Below are positions 36,400 to 47,183 of a DNA stretch of 64,000 nucleotides, in pieces (positions within the stretch are counted from its first letter, which is position 1; every line of letters starts with the position of its first letter). The notes under the pieces are model-generated. The model did no database searches. It saw only the letters and a list, made by a program, of their open reading frames with translations, and was not told where the DNA came from. A program made the position numbers and the translations under genes. This DNA comes from Schmidtea nova. Lineage: Eukaryota. The DNA is taken from the NCBI GenBank assembly GCA_044892505.1, contig CM097882.1, positions 471,386,001 to 471,450,000 on the forward strand, given 5' to 3'.

Positions 36400-39300
36400 T
36401 TTGATGAATGACAGGGATTCAATTATCAGATATGATGCTATGGGAGGCAGACCGAGCGTTGATGTTACTTTGAATGGTAGATGTTTAAGATGTTTGCTTG
36501 ACACAGGAGCAAAAATCAGCGTCATAGACCGCAATATGATTGAGAAATGTTATATAAATAATGTCAAAAAGAGTAATATGAAAGTAAAATGTACAAATGA
36601 CAGTCCCCTTAATATTGTTGGAACTATTATGATAAACATTAAAATTCAAGGAATAAAAGAAAGTAAAGATATACAATTTTATATAGCAGATGAAATTAGA
36701 CCTCAACTAATTGGTGGAATGAACTTTCTGGATGAATTTGGTATCCGGTTGAATATCGATGATTGTATAAATGATAGTCTGATTCGTACGACAAAGTTAT
36801 CGAAATTGTCAGTGAATTTCATAGAAGAAGGATTTATTGAAAGGAAAGTTGAAGATATGGTAATTAATAACCTAATAAACAAATACGAAAATGTTTTTAT
36901 GAAACACAAATGGGATGTGGGGAAAACTGACTTAATGAAACACGAAATAATTACTGCTAGCAAACCTACAGCACTCAATCCAAGAAGACAACCGGCTCAT
37001 CTACTGGATAAAATCGATGAACAAATAAAAGAAATGGAAAGGTTTGGCATTATCAAGGAATGTGAATCACCATGGAATACACCATTAGTATGTGTAAAGA
37101 AAAAAGGGAAAGATGATATTAGAATATGCTTAGACTTTAGAGTGCTAAATAACGTAGCAGATAAATAACGTAGCGCTAAATAACGTATTCCCAATGCCAA
37201 ACATGAATGAATTACTAGATGTTTTGAATGGATCAAAGTATTTTTCAACAATCGATCTGGGAAATGCATATTATCAAGTTGAACTAGAAGAAGAGTCTAA
37301 AATTAAAACGGCATTTTCAACTAAAAATAAGCAGTATTGTTTTAATAGAATGCCTTTTGGAATTGCAGCAGCACCAGGAACATTTCAGAAACTCATGAAT
37401 AGAGTACTAGGAGAATTGAATTGGATAGAAGCGGTAGTATACTTAGATGATATTCTGATTTTCTCAAAAACATTAGATGAGCATTATAGATCGATAGAAA
37501 AAGTATTTCTGAAGATTAAAAAAGCGGGATTAAAAATCAGCCCAGAAAAGTGCTATTTTAAAAGAAAAGAAATTAAATTTGTAGGGCATATAATAAATGA
37601 AGAAGGCATTCAAACGGATCCTAATAAAATAAAGGCAATAAAAGAATTTGATAGACCGAAATGCTTAAAAAAATTAAGAAGTTTCTTGGGACTAGCCAAT
37701 TATTACAGGAAATTCATTCACGATTATACCAAACATGCAAGAGTCTTAGAAGGTCTTTGTGGAAGCAATCAAAAGAAACTTATATGGACAGAAGATTGTG
37801 AAGAAAGTTTTAAAAATTTAAAAGATAATCTGAGTACAACGGCCGTACTGGCATATCCAGATTTCCAAAAGACATTTATATCGGATACATATGCAAGTTT
37901 TGATAGAATTGGAGCTGTCCTCTCCCAAAAGCAAGAAAATGGTAAAGAAAAAGTAGTAGCGTATGGTTCACATGCAATGAGTAAACATGAAATAGGATAT
38001 TGTATAACGAGGAAAGAATTGCTTGCCATTTATTATTTTACGAATCATTTTAAGCATTATTTATATGGTAAACGATTTACATTAAGAACAGATCACAAAG
38101 CAATAACGTTCATGGTGAAAACCAAGAAACCATTAACCCCACAATTTCAAACGTGGATAAATTATTTAAGCAGTCTGGATATCGATTTACAGTACAGAAA
38201 GGGCGATATTCACACAAATGCGGATGCCATGTCAAGAAGTGAATGTACAACATGTATACAATGCCAAATGATACATGGTGATCCAAAAATAGTGAAACTT
38301 AAGACGAGAATACTTTCGATGATGGTCGAAAACAGTGAAAACGTATGGCAAAAGCAGTCAATCGAGATAACAGATATACTAAATGGTAAGATAAGTAAAA
38401 TCGGGAATTTCAAATTTTGCACAGAAAAAGGAATTGTGAAAACTGATAATCATAAAATATGTGTAGTGGTCTAGAAAGCCGATACCCAAAATTCTCTCAA
38501 AGTATTAAAGAAACATAGCCTGCCTCAAACTTTCACTTTATTCAGTGATATTAGATTTTCAACAAGTCATTTTAATGACGAAAAAACTCCAAAAACAATC
38601 TGAGTTTAAAAAAAACAATCTGAGTTTAAAATAATATAAAATTTTAAACTGTGATAAAATTAAAACTTTTATTAAGATTTTTTCGAACAAAACATTTTTT
38701 TGTTTAAATTCTTTGAGTAAATATTTTGGATTCAAAAATATATCTTGTGAAATTTATTCAAGTTGTTAGATTTTTTGAAATAGAATTTTTTACATTTTCA
38801 AGGATTATGATGTTGAAAGCATTGATTATGATTCTTTTATGCTTCTTTACACTTATCTTGTATTATCAAATTTATCAGTGTTCTGCTACAGACAAACAAC
38901 TAATGCATGCCTATGTTTTATATCGACATGGAGATAGAGCACCTGTTATAATATATCCAACTGATAAGAATAGGGAAGACAAGTGGCCTAATGGGATTGG
39001 AGGATTAACAAACCGAGGAATTAGGCAGCATTTTAATTTGGGTATGTTGCTACGACGTCGTTACAAGGACTTCCCTGGGCAATATTTAAACTATTCATTA
39101 ATCTATGTGCGTAGCACTGATAGAGATGGAGCATTAATGTCTGCCGAATCAAATCTAGCAGGTTTATTCTATAACCTATCTAAAGGAATGATCAACAGCC
39201 TAAAGTGGCATCCTTTCCCAATTCAAACGCAATCAATACATATGTGTTTGTCCCCGCTAAAATATGGATACCAGAAAACAAAAGAGAAGAATTTATTTTG

Positions 39301-40209
39301 AATTTTCACAAAAGATTATGTCATGCGGGATATAATAAAGTAATTAAATACATAGAAAACAACTTTGCAATGAAAGATATGTCGAATATAATAAAAGAGG
39401 TAATTCAAAGCTGTGAAAATTGTCAAAGGAGAAAAGTTGTTACTGAGAGAACTAAGGAAGATATAAAAACCCCAGAGAAAGTTGAATTATTTGAGTCAAT
39501 CTTTATAGACTATTGTGGACCTTTCGGGAACAATATATACAACAAGAAATATATATTAGCAATAATTGATCAATATAGCAAATATGTTTCATTAAATGCC
39601 ACTAATTCTCAAGATGAAAAAAGAACAGCATCAATATTAAATCAATGGATATTAAAGTATGGAGCACCTAGAATAATCAATACAGACAGAGGCAAATCTT
39701 TTGAAAGTTCAATGATAAAAGAATTGTGTCAAAGATATAAATCAAGGATGAATCTTTCAAGTCCATATCATCATGCTGCAAATGGACAGATTGAACGTCA
39801 GTTCAGGACGATACGTGATGCACTTCACATAACTTTAAAAGATAAATTACATAAAAGTTGGGTAGAAGTACTCCCAGACGTGGAATTCATGTTAAATTCG
39901 ACGTATCAGAAAACGACTAGTAAAACACCGGCTGAGATGGTTTTCGGTAAAAAGATAATGTTAGAATGGAGCGATGTAGATCCAACAAAAAGATTTAAAG
40001 AAAACCATACAAATATCAGAAGGTTTAATATAGGAGATATAGTACTAATAAAAAAGGATATTCGAAATAAAGATGACGATAGATACGAAGGTCCGGGTGA
40101 AATTATTAATCAAAGACACGATAGAAGTTTTGAAGTAAAAATGCAAAATGGGAAGAACGTAATACGAAACATCGCATGGCTGAAGATTTTTAAAAAGAGG
40201 GGAATGTGA
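36400..40209 (+). pseudogene. Gypsy pol (protease-RT-RNase H-integrase), interrupted
   Basis: LLDTGAKIS; IDLGNAYYQ; VYLDDIL; DTYASFDRIGAVLSQ; H..LCH/CENC; FIDYCGPF; TDRGKSF; GQIER; RYEGP. A small duplication with a stop near 37160 and a 796-bp insertion at 38462-39257. Confidence 0.95.
38807..39229 (+). pseudogene. Histidine acid phosphatase (lysosomal/prostatic type) N-terminal fragment inserted in Gypsy pol
   Basis: Signal-peptide-like start, VLYRHGDRAP (RHGxRxP), WPNGIGGLTNRG..QHFNLG..LRRRY, YVRSTD..ALMSAESNLAGLF, WHPFPIQT. C-terminal HD half absent. Confidence 0.9.
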
Positions 40210-41899
40210 GATATTTAAAAACACTCTAAAGATTTTTATAAAATTATTTTAATAAAAAAAGTATTTTACCAAGAAAACATCTCGTTTAAAATAAAAATGA
40301 TTATCAGCAAAGATTTTAATAATTAGAATATTTAAAATTAAATTTAAAATGTACTATAAAAAAGTCTTATTAAAGTTTTTATTAAATATATAGGTTTATT
40401 AAAATATAGCTGAAATTAATTAAAAATCGTATGTTGAATGTATGTATGAATGTTCTGTATGAAAATTCTGTCAAGAAAAATTACATATTTATTGGAATCT
40501 CCTAGCGTTGTTTTATTAATTGTTGTAAAAAATACACTTTTGAAATTTTGTTAAATTAATTAATTATTTAATGATAGACACAATTAATACCCGAAGTTCG
40601 GGAAAAGAAGATACTAACACAACTCATCGATTAAAGATCTATGAATTAGAATCAACTCTAATGTGAAAACATCAGAGACCTAATAAATACCATAAAAAAC
40701 TAGCGTGGAAAATGACCGATGTCATAATTAGAATCAACTCGAGAATCAGCAGAAAAAAATGTTTATGGTGTTTAAATCTCAGGCGAAACATCGAAAAGAA
40801 AAATAAACTGAACTAGTCATACAATTATTAAAATGAAAATTATTGATTTAAATAAAAATATATAAGAAACCAAAATATAATTATGATAACATGTTTTACG
40901 TTGGTCCAGCAGACTCGCATTTTCGAGGAATTTGATTGAGACTTGAAAAACCTTCCGACAGCAAAAATGTTGATCTCAACGGCAAATCATAATAATATTA
41001 CATATAAATGTAAATTAAATTAGAAATTATCTTTAATTTTAAATCCTATTAATATAAAAGCTAATGAATAGTTGAAAATGAAACGTTCTTGCATATATTT
41101 TTAAAAACTAAAAATAGAACGTATCGCAAAACTCCACATTTTACAAGATTTTGATTTATATATTTTTAAAGAAATTTTTTAAATTTACTAAGGTAAAATA
41201 ATTTGATATATACATACTACTTGTTTTAGTAAGTAATACCAAATGCAGTTTGATTTATCTTTCTAGACTATGATAAATCCACTTCATTCAAAAAGTTTCA
41301 TTTTTATAATTACTTGAAAAAAGATGAGATGAAAATTCGGTTGCTTTAAAAATAAATTTTGATCTATAGTCTTTATATAAACAATAAAAAGGTAAATCAT
41401 GTCTGGGTTTATTAAAATAATTAAAAATCTAATTTATAATTACTGTAGTGCCTCCGTCATATATATATTTATTTATATTATAACTTATTTAATATATTAT
41501 ATTTACAAAACTAAATTAAAAAAGGGAGATTTATAAAAAAGTTTGTTTAAAAGAAGAAAAAGAGATATCTGATTTGAAATTAAAACGCAAGCAATTACAA
41601 TAAATTTGAAATCCAAAACTCAAGAAATTTATAATTGATTTGAAATCCTAAACGCAAGAAATTTATAATAGATTTAAAATCAAAAACGCAAGAAATTTAT
41701 AAACGCAAAAAAATTGGAAAACTCAGAAAAGAAGATATTTTTTAAATAAATGTGTATTGAATATTTCTTCTTGTTTAATTTTGTTTTAGAGGTATCTGCA
41801 ATGAAAGTTGCAACCCCTACAATTACTATTAATAAAATGTATTAATGATTTTATTGTCAAATTTCAACATGAAAAAAATATTATTTTTATAATTATTTT

Positions 41900-43082
41900 T
41901 AATATATAATCAATGATTCCCATAATGAATCACTATAGATCAAAATTTCTTTAAATAAGTACACAATATTTAAGCACAGCCTTTATCAGGTGTGTATTTC
42001 AATCGTTATATTAACTTAATCCTAAATACTAACTTTAATTATTTATTTTATATCTTATAAAGATTTTATTGGATGAAAAAAATGTATTTTAATTTTCTTT
42101 TTAAACATCATTTTTTTGTGCGAATTTAATGTTGATGGACTGTTTGTATTTTTTGATGTAAAAAGTCTAGGAAGCTAATCTTTGTAATGAATTTTTGAAT
42201 CCCTCTTGTATAATCTGGCATTTTGTTTCTTCTATAGATGGAGTTGTTTTATGTACTCTTTCCCAGTGTTCGTAATAATTACTGGTTTTGGTTTTAGTGT
42301 GTTCATTAAGTTGGGTGCGAAAAGTTCTATGTGTTTATCCTATGTAAGTAGCGTCACATTTTTGACAAGAAAGTTTATAAACTATTTTTTTGGAAAAGCA
42401 AAAGCATTGGGTTGTGGAAAGGCAAAGACATTTATGTTTGGAGATGTTGGAAATTAGTGGCTTTCGGAGTTGTGATTTTAACGGTGTGGAGGTTATGAAA
42501 GTAGAACGAATGTGGATAGGCAAATCTGTTTGATTAAAAATGTTGGTGATTTTATTGGCTGCAGTGTCATTTAAGAAAGGTAATCTCAGATATGTTGTGT
42601 GTTTGCTATTGTTATTGTGTTTCAGGCGTTTCTTATTGTGTTTATTGTGGTATGGTTCGTTAAAGAAGTGTTTCTTTACAAATTCTTCAGGGTATCTATT
42701 TTGGAGGAATCGTGTTTTGAAGTTTTCTAATGTTTTTTGTATTTTGTTTGCGTCTGAACAGTTTCTTATGGCTCTTTTTCTTTCTACTATTAGTAATGTG
42801 ATTTTGCGTTGAAGTAGAACGTGGCTTTTCAATGGGAGGATATGACCACTATGTAAACTTTTAGATTATAAATCGGTGTTTGCATATAGTGTATCTGGGT
42901 CTTTTGTGAAACTTACCATGGTATCTAAAAATGGTATTTTACCTTCTGTGTTCGGTGTTTCAAAAGTGAATTGTATGTTGGTGTTAGTTGAATTTGCATG
43001 TGATAGGATTTGATTGAAAGGGATTGTGGAGACTATGAAGATGTCGTTGATGTATCGTTTCCAGAAAAGTATTTTGTCTTCA
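41900..43082 (-). mobile_element. Penelope-like element family 1, copy B (5'-truncated)
   Basis: Colinear with 6430-7610; YIND instead of YIDD; stops; degenerate hammerhead motif at 41961-41993 (-). Confidence 0.92.
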
Positions 43083-43149
43083 TAAAAACTACTACAAAAC
43101 TTCAAACGCCTTTTTCGAGTCGATTAACCAGCTCGATTGAGTTTTTAGT

Positions 43150-44590
43150 GAAACAATAGATCGACAGAATTTTATTGTTTATAAAATGGCTTGATCAAAA
43201 AATTAGTTTGTTTTTGTGTTTGTAATACACGCGTGTTTTGTAATTAATTTTGCATTTTTCATCAATATAAAATAACTTTATTGAGTTTTCGTTGTAATTA
43301 CATGTATATAAAATTTAATTGTCTACAAAATAGCTTGATTCAAAATTCTGTATGTCATTAAGCTTGTCATGCACACATGTTTTGTAATTAAATTTGTATA
43401 TTTCACATAAATAAAGTAACGCTATTGAGTTTTCATTGCAATAAAGTATAGAAAAAATTTAATTTTCTATAAAATGGCTTGATTAGAAATCTGAAAGTTG
43501 CCGTATTTTGTAATGTACACGTGTTTTATTTTTAATTTACAAATTTTCAACAATAAAAAGTAACTTTATGTATTTTTCATTGTAAAAAGTATAAATTTAA
43601 TTTAATTTCTTATAAAATGGCTTGATTAGAAAATTAATTTGTTGGTTTGTTTGTAATGCACACGTGTTTTGTAATTAATTTTGAATTTCTCATCTATATA
43701 TTAAGTTTTCGTTGTAATTACATGTAGATAAAATTTAATTGTCTACAAAATAGTTTGATTCATTGTAATATTGTGTGTATATAATTTATATGTCTACAAA
43801 ATAATTTAATTGGAAATTTAGTGTTATGGTGAGTTTTTAATACATGCATGTTTTGTACTTAAATACATCCGTGTTGCATTACGGTTTTGTAAAAAAACTT
43901 TTATTTTTCACCTATTTAAACAATTTTATTGAGTTTTCATTGTAATAAAGTATAAATAAAATATAAATTGTTATAAAATAACTTGATTAAAAATTTGTCG
44001 AATTTTGTGATATGCGTGTTTTGTATTAAAATTTGTAATTTTTCCCATATATACAGTAACTTTATTGAATTTTTATTGTAATATTGTAAGTGTAAAGTTT
44101 AAATTTCTATAAAATGACTTAATTAGAAATTTGAAAGTTGTCGTCTTTTGTGTTGCACATGTGTTTTGTGGATAAGGTTGTAAGTTTCAACTATTTCAAA
44201 TTATTTTATTGAGTTTTTATTTTAATAAATTGTGTGAAAAATTAATTTTTTACAAAATGGCTTGATTGAAAAATTTGTTAGTCGAATTTTGTGATGCACA
44301 TGTGTTTTTTTTATTAATTTTTACATTTTTCATCTAAATGAAGTAATTCTATTGAGTTTTCATTGTAATAAAGTATAGATAAATTTTAATTTTCTATAAA
44401 ATGGCTTGATTCATAATTTAAAAGTTATTATTCTTTGTGTTAAATATATAATTATTAATTAAATTTTACATTTCCCACACATATACAGTAACTTTATTTA
44501 ATTTTTATTGTAATATTGTAAGTTTAAACTTTAATTTTCTATAAAACGGTTTGAAGGTTGTCGTACTTTGTGTTGCACATTTGTTTGAAT
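43150..44590. repeat. ~144-bp degenerate satellite, about 10 units
   Basis: AAATGGCTTGAT-type motif at 43184, 43328, 43472, 43615, 44112, 44255, 44399 and 44544. Confidence 0.88.
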
Positions 44591-45253
44591 TCTTATAAAA
44601 TCTTTGAATAAATTAAGGTGATTTGGAATACTTTTTATATGAATACTGGATACATTTCTGAATGAATTCTTTGAAAAGGAATATTTTGAGTTCAGAATAT
44701 ATTATTTTTAACTACTTTGTTAAAAGGTTCTGGTCATTTTATACGTTTTTAATAAAATTATTAGATATTGACTTATTTTTAACAGTTTATTAAAGAATAT
44801 TAAGTGGAAATATATTTTTTAATTAAAATTTACTATTTGATTACGTTTTGTTAAAAGTTCTTGAGTGTAGAATATATTTGTAATTAAAATTTACCGCTAG
44901 ACTAAATTTTATTGTTGTGAAATATAATTTGAATAAATATTTTGAGTGTTGGTTTAATTTTATAAAACAAATAAGTCATCCGACAAATGTTTTTTTCAAA
45001 AGATATTTCAAGAAATTGAAATAATGAAGCTAAGGCAGTCGGGTGCGCTTGCAAACAGTTTCTGTTGAACACTTTTAGTGCGCAGAGGTGAAAATGAAAT
45101 TCATACGCTATGTTTGCAAGTTACAGATTATCTGTAGGACCTTGCATATTCAAGTGATGTTTTATCCAGTGTACCAGGTATAGTATATAACAAAAATCTT
45201 TCGACTTTGTTTTATACTTACCTGGCGCGGAGAGAAATTTTCGCGTCTCCTGC

Positions 45254-45295
45254 ATAGCACTGATGAGAGCCAAAAGCTCGAAACTAGTCTGCTAT
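45254..45295 (+). ncRNA. Minimal type I hammerhead ribozyme, copy 1
   Basis: ATAGCA-CTGATGA-GAGC CAAAA GCTC-GAAA-CTAG-TC-TGCTAT: 6-bp stem I, intact core, 4-bp stem II, palindromic ACUAGU stem III, GUC cleavage triplet (predicted cut 45289/45290). Confidence 0.95.
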
Positions 45296-45636
45296 TGGGG
45301 ATTTGCACTGGGTATCACAAAAAAAATCACAAGCTTTTTTTTGTTTAAAACAAATAAGTCATCCGACCAATTTTTTTTTCAAAAGATATTTCAAGAAATT
45401 GAAATAATGAAGCTAAGGCAGTCGGGTGCGCTTGCAAACAGTTTCTGTTGAACACTTTTAGTGCGCAGAGGTGAAAATGAAATTCATACGCCATGTTTGC
45501 AAGTTACAGATTATCTGTAGGACTTTGCATATTCAAGTGATGTTTTATCCAGTGTACCAGGTATAGTATATAACAAAAATCTTTCGACTTTGTTTTATAC
45601 TTACCTGGCGCGGAGAGAAATTTTCGCGTCTCCTGC

Positions 45637-45678
45637 ATAGCACTGATGAGAGCCAAAAGCTCGAAACTAGTCTACTAT
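45637..45678 (+). ncRNA. Minimal type I hammerhead ribozyme, copy 2
   Basis: Identical core; the 3' strand of stem I reads TACTAT (G>A mismatch); predicted cut 45672/45673. Confidence 0.9.
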
Positions 45679-47183
45679 TGGGGATTTGCACTGGGTATCA
45701 CAAAAAAAATNNNNNNNNNNNNNNNNNNNNNNNNNNNNNNNNNNNNNNNNNNNNNNNNNNNNNNNNNNNNNNNNNNNNNNNNNNNNNNNNNNNNNNNNNN
45801 NNNNNNNNNNNNNNNNNNNNNNNNNNNNNNNNNNNNNNNNNNNNNNNNNNNTTTAATATTTATCGTATTTGACCTTGTAATTTATTTTGTTTTTGTGCGT
45901 AGTCGTCTAATTATGTTATATTTTTATAATAATTTGAGTATTGTTTTCATTGAACGGTCATCATTGAAGTTGTTCAAAAATAATAATAACAATAATAAAT
46001 TATACTAACAAAAATAAATTAATAATAATTTATATATTTTATACAATAAAATGTAAATTGAAGATATTTCAAAAATAAAAGTTTTCAAAATTTTCATAAA
46101 TTTCAAAAATTTTTTATTTTAAATATTGCAAATTGATTTTAATTTATCACTTGGTCAAATTTTTTTTAATCAAGATTTTACAAAATTTCACTTATTAATT
46201 CCATAATTAATGGAAATTTTAATAATTCATTGAATATAACTACTAATTTGCAAAATAAAGAAATTCGTGGCATAGTAATGCTCAAAATTTTTTTAAATTG
46301 CAGAAAATTAATTATGAAAATTGTTCATCAAATTTCATTTCCGGATTTAAAGTTGTTTTTAATTTATTGTACGAAAGAAAGCAAAGAACTTCGCAAATGT
46401 CACTTCATGGACAAATCTGTATTGGCTGTCAATGTAAAATGTTATATATATGTGTGTGTGTAGATTATTCATTAAAGAATAATTCTGATTTTTGGGCATA
46501 CTTTTATTGATACAGCCCGGCCAAAAATAACCATAAACCACACACTATTTATAATTATTAATATTTATTTAAAAATCTATGCTTTAACAAAAAAAATACA
46601 TATTTCGAATACTTTTTCAACAAGTTCAAGAGTCACTATTCACAACAGAATGATAATCACCAATTTTCTATCACTTCTCTTTATTCTTAAAATATTCAAG
46701 TTTATTAGTGTGCGTAAGAGTGTTTGAGCACATACGACTTATCTTATTTTCCAGTGCCTTAATTGTTTTTACTTGGCTGTGCGGGTATATAAATAGAATT
46801 TACAAAATAGAGGTAATAAAAACAAAAATAAAAATAAAAAAATTACAGTTAGACACAAATTTAAGTTGATAATAATTAATTGTTTAAATGGGAAACAAAT
46901 TTTAGTGACTTCATAATTCAAATATTAAAATTGTTGTTTATAAAGGATTCTTAGATTACGTGAATGTAAAATTGTAATCTAATTTATCATTAATAAAATA
47001 ATATTAATTTATTTCGATTGATGAAACAAAAATTAAAGTTTGGAAATTAGAAATTGTCCGTCAAATTACTGTATCCTTTTTTTGAATTTATATAAAATTA
47101 GATATGGATGGCGGTTGACCAACAGACAATGGCATTATGAAAATAATTAAATAGAAACAGTATTTAATTTTCAGATAAAAATT

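Larger units (their letters stand above)
34688..40619 (+). mobile_element. Full-length Ty3/Gypsy LTR retrotransposon (inactivated)
   Basis: LTRs 34688-35099 and 40205-40619 (TG..CA; I count about 4 substitutions and 2 indels); 5-bp TSD CAACT; PBS TGGCGACCACG (tRNA-Arg type) at 35100; PPT AAAAAGAGGGGAA before the 3' LTR. Confidence 0.97.
44963..45710 (+). mobile_element. Retrozyme-like tandem array: 383-bp monomers, each with a type I hammerhead ribozyme
   Basis: About 1.95 units visible, roughly 5 differences between them; ends in an N gap; non-coding and heavily self-complementary. Confidence 0.9.

Noticed and set aside
43150-44590. CRISPR array (also considered for 32170-32790 and 48367-48490)
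   Set aside because: Whole units repeat and diverge without unique spacers; no cas genes; eukaryotic context.
45224-45390. A complete U1 snRNA gene
   Set aside because: Only the 5' 13-mer and an AUUGCAC-like motif match. Stem-loop I loop (GAUCACGAAG), stem-loop II/III geometry, the Sm site and stem-loop IV are not recognisable, and a hammerhead occupies the middle.
45263-45451. ORFs MRAKSSKLVC... (45263 and 45646)
   Set aside because: The ATG is part of the ribozyme core (CUGAUGA); the ORFs are incidental to the repeat.
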